A stretch of 64,000 nucleotides of DNA from Microbacteriaceae bacterium (GCA_947443745.1 CANEXL010000001.1:3185-67184); one strand, 5' to 3'; counted from the first letter of the stretch, positions 44,719 to 52,703 are shown. Notes: generated by a model from the sequence alone, not told the origin. Translations and numbers: made by a program.

Positions 44719-45439
44719 GCGGCCCCCAGAATCCGCCGGCATCGGGGGTGGGCGACGACGGACTCGCGTCGGCCTGCGCCTCAGGAATCATGCGGAACGT
44801 GATGCGGGTATGACCCATTTCGATGACCCCGTCTGACTCCAAGGGGGCGGAGACGAGCCGTTGCCCGTTGAGGGTTGAGCCGTTAGTGGAGCCGAGATCG
44901 TTTGCCTGGGCTCGAGTGCCATCCCACAGAACCTCGACGTGACGGCGGGAGATTCCGGAGTCGTCGACCGTGATGTCGGCCTCGGTACCGCGGCCAATAA
45001 CCGTTCGCGATTTTGTTAACGGATACCGCTTGCCAGCGATTTCAAGAACGGCCACCCACGCGATTGCTCCTCCAGCATTGGTGGAGTCAACCTGAACGAC
45101 ACCCAGGGAGAGAGAGGAGTCTGCCTGCAGTGTGATGCGGATGCCGCCGGCGAACTGAAACTTTTGAGACTGGGCGTGCTTGGTCACCAGACGCGTTAGC
45201 TCATCGATCAGGGTTGGCCCCATGGCGGACATCCGCGCGTAATCGGCGCTCGCCATGCGTACGGTGAAGATGTTGGGAACCAGAATGCGGTCACGCGAAA
45301 CCACGGCAGCCTTGGTGTCGAGCTCACGTTTCAGGGCCGACGTGATTTCAACGGGCTGGAGTCCCGAGCGAAAAGTCTTGGCAAAGGCGCCATTGACGGC
45401 GCGCTCAAGACCTTTCTCAAGATTGTCCAGAATGCCCAA
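44711..45439 (-). CDS. fhaA: DUF3662-FHA protein FhaA
   Basis: EKGLERAVNGAFAK..QPVEI; IGRG, SRRH, GSTNG; TTG start after AAAGGAGA. Confidence 0.92.
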   Translation of the reverse strand: MGILDNLEKGLERAVNGAFAKTFRSGLQPVEITSALKRELDTKAAVVSRDRILVPNIFTVRMASADYARMSAMGPTLIDELTRLVTKHAQSQKFQFAGGIRITLQADSSLSLGVVQVDSTNAGGAIAWVAVLEIAGKRYPLTKSRTVIGRGTEADITVDDSGISRRHVEVLWDGTRAQANDLGSTNGSTLNGQRLVSAPLESDGVIEMGHTRITFRMIPEAQADASPSSPTPDAGGFWGPRE

Positions 45440-45522
45440 TTGGTCTCCTTTGGGGGTGAAGCGCGGCCGTTTCCATGATACTTGCCCGATTGGGAGCATG
45501 CTGGATGCCCTCTCAGGCCACC

Positions 45523-46947
45523 CTAGCGAGCCGTTTCGAAACGAACCGAGGCATCCAGGCCGCCTTCGGAGCGCGGAGACAGCCGTGCGGTGCCTCTACT
45601 GGCGCGAGCAAGTTGGGCGACAATAGCGAGCCCCAGGCCGCTGCCGCCGATATTGGAAGAGGCACGCCAGAAGCGGTCGAAGGCTCGCGTGCACTCGTCG
45701 GGGCTCAGGCCGGGGCCCTCATCGAGAACATGCAGGGTGGTGTGGCTGCCGGCACTCACAACGCGCACCGTAATTTTGGAATGTGCTGGGCTCACCGTGA
45801 GGGCGTTGTCGACGTAGTTGTCCACGATCTGCTCGATGGCCGAGGGAGAGGCCGTAACGAACGCATCAACCGGTCCTTCATAACGGATGCGCACCGACGA
45901 CTCGGCACCGAGGGCCTGCCACTGCTCGACGCGTTCCCGCGCAATCGCCGCGACATTGAAGGTTTCCAGCGGCGCCGACGACGCTTCGGTGCGGCTCAAG
46001 AGCAGTAAGCCTTCGATGAGATTGCCGAGGCGATCGACCTCCACCTGGGCGGCAGCGAGGCGCTCGCCGGCGGCGCGCGGATCTGTTGCGAGGAGTTCGT
46101 GGGCGCGTTCCAGTCGCAATCGCAATGCCGTGAGGGGGGTACGCAACTGGTGGGAGGCGTCCGCGGCAAACATGCGTTGCTGGGTGACCAGCTCTTCAAG
46201 GCGTTCGGCCATTGTATTAAAGGAGCGCGAGAGCGATGTCAGTTCGGCCGCGCCTCGCTTCTCGTCGGCACGGGCCGTCAGGTCGCCTTCGGCGAGGAGC
46301 TCGGTTGTCGCTCGAAGACGCGTGAGCCTCTTGGCAACACTTCCGGACACCAACAAGCCCACGATGCCGGCCAGGACCACGGAGCTGAGGGCCACGACGC
46401 CGAGCCGCCAGAGTTGGCTGTTGACGGCATCGGTCACTGCTTGGTCGGGATAGGTAAGGCGAACCGCGCCCAAGACACTTTCGCCACTGAGAACGGGAAC
46501 GGTGACATACAAAAGCTCTTGGTTCAGCGTTGTCGAATAACGGTGGCCACTGCTGATGTTGCCGGCTAAGGCATCGGCAATTTCTGGCCGGCTGAGGTAG
46601 GAGGCGCCCACCACCGACTGGTCATCGTCGCTGGTGACAATGGCGGTGCCTGCCTTGTCGACAATAACGACGCGAGCCCCTCCCGCATCGCGGTACTGGC
46701 GAGCAAGGTCGCTGAGGGCCTTCGAGTCGGCAGGTGTGACCGTTGCGGTTCCTCCGACGGAAGCGGAGGCCGCTGCTGCGGCGAGCGACTCGCTACCGTG
46801 ACCGGCCAGAACGAAGGCGTCGCGTTCGAGGCCAGTGACGATGTGATCGTGCTCCGCTTGGTGCAAATAAAAGGCAAGGGGAATGTCTTGCGTGAGCAGA
46901 ACGAGAAACGTGACCGCCATCAAGGCGCCCATGAACCGCCACTTCAC
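45523..46947 (-). CDS. Sensor histidine kinase (2 TM, extracytoplasmic sensor, HAMP)
   Basis: ASHQLRTPLT H-box, NYVDNAL, DEGPG, FDRF, GSGLGL. Confidence 0.95.
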   Translation of the reverse strand: MKWRFMGALMAVTFLVLLTQDIPLAFYLHQAEHDHIVTGLERDAFVLAGHGSESLAAAAASASVGGTATVTPADSKALSDLARQYRDAGGARVVIVDKAGTAIVTSDDDQSVVGASYLSRPEIADALAGNISSGHRYSTTLNQELLYVTVPVLSGESVLGAVRLTYPDQAVTDAVNSQLWRLGVVALSSVVLAGIVGLLVSGSVAKRLTRLRATTELLAEGDLTARADEKRGAAELTSLSRSFNTMAERLEELVTQQRMFAADASHQLRTPLTALRLRLERAHELLATDPRAAGERLAAAQVEVDRLGNLIEGLLLLSRTEASSAPLETFNVAAIARERVEQWQALGAESSVRIRYEGPVDAFVTASPSAIEQIVDNYVDNALTVSPAHSKITVRVVSAGSHTTLHVLDEGPGLSPDECTRAFDRFWRASSNIGGSGLGLAIVAQLARASRGTARLSPRSEGGLDASVRFETAR

Positions 46948-47621
46948 GCAGGTTCTCCGAACCGAAAACCGACACCGCGAACCGATTCAATCCACAGCGG
47001 ATTTCCGAGCTTCTTGCGAATGGCCGCTATGTGCGCATCCAGTGTCTTGGTGGTGCCATACCAGTTGGTATCCCAGACGTCGTGGAGGATGTCGCCGCGC
47101 CGAAACACCGCCCCGGGATCGTCGCTGAGGTAAACCAGTAGTTCGAATTCTTTGGGGGTGAGGTGAACATCCGTGCCATTTAAGGAGACCCGTTGTGCCC
47201 GAACATCGAGAGTCAAGGCTCCGAAGACGCGTTGGGCAGCCGGGGCAGGTTCCACGACGGTGGAGCCCGTTCGGCGAGCGACCGCACGAATGCGGGCCAC
47301 AAGTTCGCGCATGCCGAAAGGTTTGACGACGTAATCATCCGCCCCCATCTCTAAGGCGATGACACGATCAATTTCTTCGCCCCGGGCGCTGACCACAATG
47401 ATGGGCGTTTGAGACGTGACCCGGATGGCCCGACAGACATCGGTGCCTTCCATGTCGGGCAAGCCAAGGTCGAGCAAAATCAAGTCGGGAGCCCAGGATG
47501 CGGCGGCCTCGAGTGCAGCCGTTCCCGTGGCCACTCGGTGGGCTTCGAAGCTTGCATTCTCCAGCCCGTCCACAATGCCGTCGGCAACGGAGTCATCGTC
47601 TTCCACTACCAGAACGCGCAT
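46944..47621 (-). CDS. OmpR/PhoB family response regulator
   Basis: VVEDD, LLDLGLPD, GADDYVVKPF, LTPKEFELL, VRGVGF. Confidence 0.96.
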   Translation of the reverse strand: MRVLVVEDDDSVADGIVDGLENASFEAHRVATGTAALEAAASWAPDLILLDLGLPDMEGTDVCRAIRVTSQTPIIVVSARGEEIDRVIALEMGADDYVVKPFGMRELVARIRAVARRTGSTVVEPAPAAQRVFGALTLDVRAQRVSLNGTDVHLTPKEFELLVYLSDDPGAVFRRGDILHDVWDTNWYGTTKTLDAHIAAIRKKLGNPLWIESVRGVGFRFGEPA

Positions 47622-47679
47622 GGCTCAATTCTGGTGGGAACGCGAGCTAAAACCTATGAGGTGGGCGTGCTGGTTGCAA

Positions 47680-47720
47680 TCTTGGATAAGTCTTGGATAA
47701 GTCGCGGGCGACTCTTGGAC
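47680..47720 (+). promoter_or_regulatory. 11-bp-periodic direct-repeat operator, copy 1
   Basis: TCTTGGA at 47680, 47691 and 47713, all in 11-bp phase. Confidence 0.85.
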
Positions 47721-47765
47721 GGGTGGCGGGAACCTCTTTACCGTGTGTTTCGTAGCGTTGGAGAC

Positions 47766-48194
47766 ATGAAAATACAACTGATCACCGCCTTAGTCGTTGC
47801 TGGAGTTCTGGGAACTGCAGCGACCGCCATGGCCGTAAACGCCGATACTTTCGTCGCCCCAACCGGATTGCCTGTCGTTTCGACAGACGCACCGACCGCT
47901 GATCCTCTGGTCACGTCTGACCCTTCAGAGACATCAACTCCAGACCCATCGAGCACCCCTGACCCTTCGGTCACGCCAGTTCCCGACCCCACCGGCACAC
48001 CCAAGGTGGATGACGACGATGCGCTAGAGAACGGTGCGAGTGAGAGCTCGGACGACGCGTCAGATGATGTGTCAGAAGGCCTTGAAGTGCACGATGGTTC
48101 CACTCCCTCGACAAGCACGCCTGCTCCCAGCCAGGGAACGAGCGCACACCACACCGACTCCGATAGCGCCTCCGATAGCGACCGCTATATCTAG
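47766..48194 (+). CDS. Secreted low-complexity acidic protein, paralog 1
   Basis: MKIQLITALVVAGVLGTAATAMA-VNADT signal; P/T/S/D-rich body. Confidence 0.8.
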   Translation: MKIQLITALVVAGVLGTAATAMAVNADTFVAPTGLPVVSTDAPTADPLVTSDPSETSTPDPSSTPDPSVTPVPDPTGTPKVDDDDALENGASESSDDASDDVSEGLEVHDGSTPSTSTPAPSQGTSAHHTDSDSASDSDRYI

Positions 48195-48240
48195 AAAACT
48201 GCTCTCAGGGGGAGAGTAGGGGGAGAGAGCCCCTCGGAAA

Positions 48241-48260
48241 TCTTGGACAAGTCTTGGATT
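48241..48260 (+). promoter_or_regulatory. Direct-repeat operator, copy 2
   Basis: TCTTGGACAAG-TCTTGGATT. Confidence 0.85.
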
Positions 48261-48303
48261 TTCGGGGGGTTCTTTTGTGTCCCACATTTCGTACTCTTAG
48301 GGA

Positions 48304-48726
48304 ATGAAGTCTTCGTTAGTGACAGCCCTCATCATTGTGGGCGTGCTCGGAACCGCGACCGCGGCCATGGCCATTAATACCGACACCCTCTCCAAGATTG
48401 ATACGGGTGTCATCGGTAAGGCCAGCGAGGTGCTGGTTCCTGTTGTCACGGATGCCCAACAGCCAGGGCCATTTTCGACGACCCAGCCCGCTCCCGGAGC
48501 GAGCACAGCGCCGTCGTATTCTCCGGAATCCTCAGGCGGCAGCGGTTCTCCGACGAAAGACGTAGGAACGGCGCCCGCTCCGAGCGTTTCTGATCCCGTC
48601 GCCCCGGCCGCACCAGTTGTGGGTGGGTCTGAGGCGACAACGCACTCTAGCTCTAGCCCCTCGTCAACGCCTTCTCACAGCGGTGAATCGGAGCCGTCTT
48701 CTGGCGAGACAGGTCACGACGACTAG
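48304..48726 (+). CDS. Secreted low-complexity protein, paralog 2
   Basis: MKSSLVTALIIVGVLGTATAAMA-INTDT; S/P-rich; ends GHDD. Confidence 0.82.
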   Translation: MKSSLVTALIIVGVLGTATAAMAINTDTLSKIDTGVIGKASEVLVPVVTDAQQPGPFSTTQPAPGASTAPSYSPESSGGSGSPTKDVGTAPAPSVSDPVAPAAPVVGGSEATTHSSSSPSSTPSHSGESEPSSGETGHDD

Positions 48727-48762
48727 AGCCAAGCGTCTCTAACCTCACATGACTTTCGTAAA

Positions 48763-48783
48763 CCTTGGACAAGTCTTGGATAT
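48763..48783 (+). promoter_or_regulatory. Direct-repeat operator, copy 3
   Basis: CCTTGGACAAG-TCTTGGATAT. Confidence 0.85.
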
Positions 48784-48825
48784 TCAAGGGATTCTTCTTT
48801 ACTCGCCATTTTGTACATTTAAATC

Positions 48826-49317
48826 ATGAAAACACAACTCCTCTCAGTCCTCACGGTTGTGGGTGTTCTTGGAACCGCCACCGCCGCGTTGGCCGTCAAC
48901 ACAGATACGTTGACCAACCGCGAAGCCGGGGCGACAGATTCGTCGGCCCAGGCTAATGTGCTCTCGACACCTTCTGGTTCATCGTCAGCCCCGACCCCTG
49001 AGGCCATCCCGGCCGCACCCGTCACCCCGGGTTCACCTTCTTCGGAAGGCACCCCCGCCCAAAGCGCCGTTCAACAGCGCACAGACCTTACTCCTCCTTC
49101 GGCTTCGTTGGCCGTGACGGTAGACACTCCATCCCGCCCCACGACGCCACCCGTTGCGCCGGCGGTAACGCCACCCACAACCGCTCCCGTTGACGGAACA
49201 ACCGGCGGTTCGGGAGCAGCGCCGTCAACCCCTGGAACCTCCTATGGTGACGATGGCGATTCTTCGGATGGCTCTTACGAGAGCCACGACAACGAGGATG
49301 GTGGAAGCGATGACTAA
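48826..49317 (+). CDS. Secreted low-complexity protein, paralog 3, with VDGTTGGS motif
   Basis: MKTQLLSVLTVVGVLGTATAALA-VNTDT; acidic tail. Confidence 0.82.
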   Translation: MKTQLLSVLTVVGVLGTATAALAVNTDTLTNREAGATDSSAQANVLSTPSGSSSAPTPEAIPAAPVTPGSPSSEGTPAQSAVQQRTDLTPPSASLAVTVDTPSRPTTPPVAPAVTPPTTAPVDGTTGGSGAAPSTPGTSYGDDGDSSDGSYESHDNEDGGSDD

Positions 49318-49765
49318 GGGCATCCACCCCGCCGCGCGGGCACGGACTTTTGTTGGTGCCACATCGCTCTTGGCTCTTGTGGGAATTGTCACAGGCTTCC
49401 AGTTCGCGGCTAACGCCCAAGAAGCCGGCGTTGCGAGCGGTGCGGCTACGGCCAAGGGCACAGCGACAACGCAAGCCATTGATCCCGCGACGGGGAAGCC
49501 TGTCGCTCCCGTCGACGCGACCGCTCCTGTTTCTGAAGCGGTTCCCGCTCCCGCCGTTGACCCCGCAGCCCCACCCGCCGTGGCACCCGCTCCAGTTGCG
49601 GCACCTGCAGCACAACCGGCCGCGGCACAACCAGCGGCACAACCCGCTGCGGCTCCTGCCGCGGCGCCTGCTCCAGCACCCGCTCCTGCCCCGGCTCCTG
49701 TTGTCGCTCCGGCACCTGCGCCGGTAAATGGAACGACGGGTGGGTCGGGCGCCGTCAAGCCCTAA
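49310..49765 (+). CDS. Exported Pro/Ala-rich protein ending in VNGTTGGSGAVKP
   Basis: ATG overlaps the end of the upstream gene; hydrophobic N-terminal segment ending ANA; (AP)n linker. Confidence 0.8.
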   Translation: MTKGIHPAARARTFVGATSLLALVGIVTGFQFAANAQEAGVASGAATAKGTATTQAIDPATGKPVAPVDATAPVSEAVPAPAVDPAAPPAVAPAPVAAPAAQPAAAQPAAQPAAAPAAAPAPAPAPAPAPVVAPAPAPVNGTTGGSGAVKP

Positions 49766-49831
49766 CGGCACTTCGGCCCGCCCGCCTGCCCGAGCGCAAC
49801 CACTCACTCCACGACTGAAGCGAGCCTCGCC

Positions 49832-50857
49832 GTGACTTCTGCTCCGCACTCTGCCACGAATCCCGCCACGAACCCTGCCACGAACCCCGCCGTTACCGGG
49901 GACAATATTTCGCGAGACGCCCTTCGCGCCGTCTTTTCTCTCACGGGAACGCAGCCGCGGGTAATTTCGTCGCGCCAGGAAATAATGGGCGGCCACGGCA
50001 CGATTACGTTAGTCGGTGCCTCCGACGCCCTGATGACGCGGGCGTGGGACGTTGTGCGCACGTGCGAAAAACGCTGGACGCGGTTCTCGCCCGACAGTGA
50101 TATTTCTCGACTCAACCTCGCCGAAGGGGCGCCCGTTGAGGTTGATCCACTCACCTTCCGCCTGATCTCCGCAATGAGGGTGGGCCACGAAATATCCTTG
50201 GGTGCTTTCGATCCCACTCTCTTAGTCGACGAGCTCAAGGCGGGTTACGGCGCCTCCGTTCTCGACCCGTCCCGTGCGACGACCCTGCCGGCCTCGGCGG
50301 TGAGCCCGGGGAACATGGCGGGCATCCGCCTGGCTGACACCACCGTCACCCTGCCGCTGGGCACCGTGCTGGACGCCGGGGGAATTGGCAAGGGACTTGC
50401 CGCCGACCTCGTGTGTGCATTCGCGCTCGCCGAGGGGGCGTGGGGCGTAATGGCGGAGATCGGGGGCGACATTGCGGTTGCGGGGAACGCTCCGGACGGA
50501 GTGGCCTGGCGACTCGGCATTGAGAACCCTTTTGACACGCAGGCGCATGCGGCGATCATCCGGTTATCTGAAGGCGCCATTGTGACGTCGAGCCAACGCA
50601 AACGTCGATTTGGCCCGGAAGGCAACGAGACCCATCACCTGATTGACCCGGCGACCCATGCCAGCGCGAAAACGAACGTGCAAACGGTGACGGTGATTGC
50701 GGCAACCGCGGCGCGAGCCGAAGCCCTCACGAAACCCGGTTTTCTTCAAGAAACGACTCGCTACCTGGAATGGTTGCCGACCGTCGGTGCGGCGGGCATG
50801 GTTATAGATGACGCGGGGGCCGAACTGGTTTCCGAGAACTGGATTCGATATCAATGA
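49832..50857 (+). CDS. apbE: FAD:protein FMN transferase (ApbE family)
   Basis: RFSPDSDISRLN, GAFDPT, LDAGGIGKGLAAD, IGGDI, WRLGIENP, TSS, HHLIDP. Confidence 0.93.
   Translation: MTSAPHSATNPATNPATNPAVTGDNISRDALRAVFSLTGTQPRVISSRQEIMGGHGTITLVGASDALMTRAWDVVRTCEKRWTRFSPDSDISRLNLAEGAPVEVDPLTFRLISAMRVGHEISLGAFDPTLLVDELKAGYGASVLDPSRATTLPASAVSPGNMAGIRLADTTVTLPLGTVLDAGGIGKGLAADLVCAFALAEGAWGVMAEIGGDIAVAGNAPDGVAWRLGIENPFDTQAHAAIIRLSEGAIVTSSQRKRRFGPEGNETHHLIDPATHASAKTNVQTVTVIAATAARAEALTKPGFLQETTRYLEWLPTVGAAGMVIDDAGAELVSENWIRYQ
49853..49891 (+). repeat. 12-bp tandem repeat x3 (ATNP)
   Basis: GCCACGAAYCCY units. Confidence 0.85.
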
Positions 50858-52434
50858 ATGATCCGCACATCTGGTGGTACATCACCCGTGCCAGCGCGCT
50901 GATTGCGTGGGCGTTGATGACGCTCTCTGCCATCTGGGGCATTCTGCTCTCCACCCGCATCATGCGCCGCATCGATAACCCCGGTTGGCTGCGCGACTTG
51001 CACTCCTACCTGGGCGGAATGACGCTCGTCATGGTGGGCCTGCACATGGGCAGCCTCATGCTCGACGGCTATCTTCGTTATACGCTCGGCGACCTTCTCG
51101 TTCCTTTCAGCAAGGACTACCGACCGTTTGCCGTGGCCCTCGGAATTCTGGCCTTTTATATATTGCTGGCCGTTCAGGGGTCCTCCCTTCTCATTGCGCG
51201 CTTGCCGCGAAAGGTGTGGAAGGTCATTCATTACGCCAGCTACGCGACGCTGATCTTGGTGTCGTTGCATGCCGGATGGACGGGCACGGATGTTGGAGCC
51301 CTCTGGTACAAAATTCTGGCGATTACCCTCATTGGCGCCGCGACGATTGCGGTCGTCGTTCGAGTGGTGACGCGCGGCCGCACGGGACGAGCTCCCACGG
51401 CGAAAGCATGGACGCACAAATCGGGCACCATTCCCAGCGTTGCTCCTGTTGCTGCTGGTGCTCCCCTTCTTCCGGCGACGCGCACGATGGTGGTTGCTTC
51501 CACATCCATGGCAGCGGATGCCGTGATGGCCATTCGGCTCGTGTCCCTCGGCGGATCGGCTGGTGGCGGGACTGGTGCTGTGGGCTCTGGGGCCTTGCCC
51601 GTCTGGTATCCCGGCGCGCACATCACGCTGTCACTGCCTAACGGGTTGCAGCGCCAGTACTCGCTGTGCGGCGACCCCGCCGAGCGCGACCACTTCGACA
51701 TCGCGGTACTGAAGACCCGTCACTCCGAGGGGGGCAGCGAGTTCATTCACGCGAACCTCACCCCGGGCATGACGCTCGAGGTCTCTGGGCCGCTCAACCA
51801 CTTCGAGCTGGAGCCCGCCTCCGACTACCTCTTTATTGCCGGCGGTATCGGCATCACGCCGATTAAGGCCATGATCGAGTCGTTGCCCGAGCGTCGCCAT
51901 TGGCGCCTCATCTATGCCGGGCGTTCGCGCACGACGATGGCGTTCTTGCCCGAGTTGCTTCAGCGCTACCCCGATCGCATTTCGGTGCATGCCGCCGATG
52001 AACAGGATGCCGAACTCGACATCGCCTCCCTCGTGGTCGACACCGATGCGCAGGTCTACTGCTGTGGCCCCGAGTCGCTGATGAGCACCACGGCGGCGCT
52101 GGTACCGGCCGCCCAAATGCATTCCGAGCGCTTCGTCGCCGTCGAGCGCACCTCCGACGTTGCCGCCCAAGCGATTGACGTCACCTGCCGCAAGAGTAAG
52201 AAGGAGTTCGTGGTCGGTGCCGACCAGAGCATTCTTGAGGCGATGGAAGCCAACGGTATTCCCGTGCTGGGCTCGTGTCGCAAGGGGGTGTGCGGAACCT
52301 GCGAGGTGCGCATCGTGGAGGGCGAGCCCGTGCACCTTGACTCGGTGATGCCCGATGACGAAAAGGATTCTTTGCGCGTGATGTACCCGTGCGTCTCGCG
52401 GGCCGTGGGCAAGGAGCTCGTGCTCGACATCTAG
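50854..52434 (+). CDS. Ferric reductase-like (heme b) TM domain fused to a PDR/VanB-type flavin/NAD(P)H/2Fe-2S reductase
   Basis: TM histidines in LHSYLG, LHMG, WKVIHYASY, LHA; RQYSLC, GGSE, AGGIGITP, YCCGP, CRKGVCGTC...C. Confidence 0.9.
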   Translation: MNDPHIWWYITRASALIAWALMTLSAIWGILLSTRIMRRIDNPGWLRDLHSYLGGMTLVMVGLHMGSLMLDGYLRYTLGDLLVPFSKDYRPFAVALGILAFYILLAVQGSSLLIARLPRKVWKVIHYASYATLILVSLHAGWTGTDVGALWYKILAITLIGAATIAVVVRVVTRGRTGRAPTAKAWTHKSGTIPSVAPVAAGAPLLPATRTMVVASTSMAADAVMAIRLVSLGGSAGGGTGAVGSGALPVWYPGAHITLSLPNGLQRQYSLCGDPAERDHFDIAVLKTRHSEGGSEFIHANLTPGMTLEVSGPLNHFELEPASDYLFIAGGIGITPIKAMIESLPERRHWRLIYAGRSRTTMAFLPELLQRYPDRISVHAADEQDAELDIASLVVDTDAQVYCCGPESLMSTTAALVPAAQMHSERFVAVERTSDVAAQAIDVTCRKSKKEFVVGADQSILEAMEANGIPVLGSCRKGVCGTCEVRIVEGEPVHLDSVMPDDEKDSLRVMYPCVSRAVGKELVLDI

Positions 52435-52490
52435 TGCCTCCGCCTCAAATGGCGGCGGCCTCCATTGCCATGATAGATTGACCCAGTTAC

Positions 52491-52573
52491 GCGCGAGTGG
52501 CGAAATGGCAGACGCGCCGGCTTCAGGTGCCGGTGCCCGCAAGGGCGTGGGGGTTCAAGTCCCCCCTCGCGCA
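52491..52573 (+). tRNA. tRNA-Leu(CAG)
   Basis: GCGCGAG...CTCGCGCA; anticodon loop TTCAGGT; long variable arm. Confidence 0.96.
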
Positions 52574-52581
52574 CGTATCGA

Positions 52582-52629
52582 AACCCGCTCCGACCAGGGC
52601 TTCACTGGGAGGGGCGGGTTCTCTTTTTT
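52582..52629 (+). terminator. Terminator after tRNA-Leu
   Basis: AACCCGCTCC...GGGGCGGGTT followed by CTCTTTTTT. Confidence 0.7.
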
Positions 52630-52645
52630 GCCGTCTTGATTCCAG

Positions 52646-52672
52646 TTATTGCGCTTATTGCGCTTATTGCGT
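52646..52672 (+). repeat. 9-bp tandem repeat x3 (TTATTGCGY) in a promoter
   Basis: TTATTGCGC TTATTGCGC TTATTGCGT upstream of the TACAAT -10 element. Confidence 0.85.
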
Positions 52673-52703
52673 TTACACACGCACTTGTGCTTACAATGGG
52701 GAC

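Noticed and set aside
47680-48783. TCTTGGA repeats as CRISPR repeats or mobile-element ends
   Set aside because: Fixed spacing to -10 elements and 11-bp period indicate regulator boxes; no transposase or integrase
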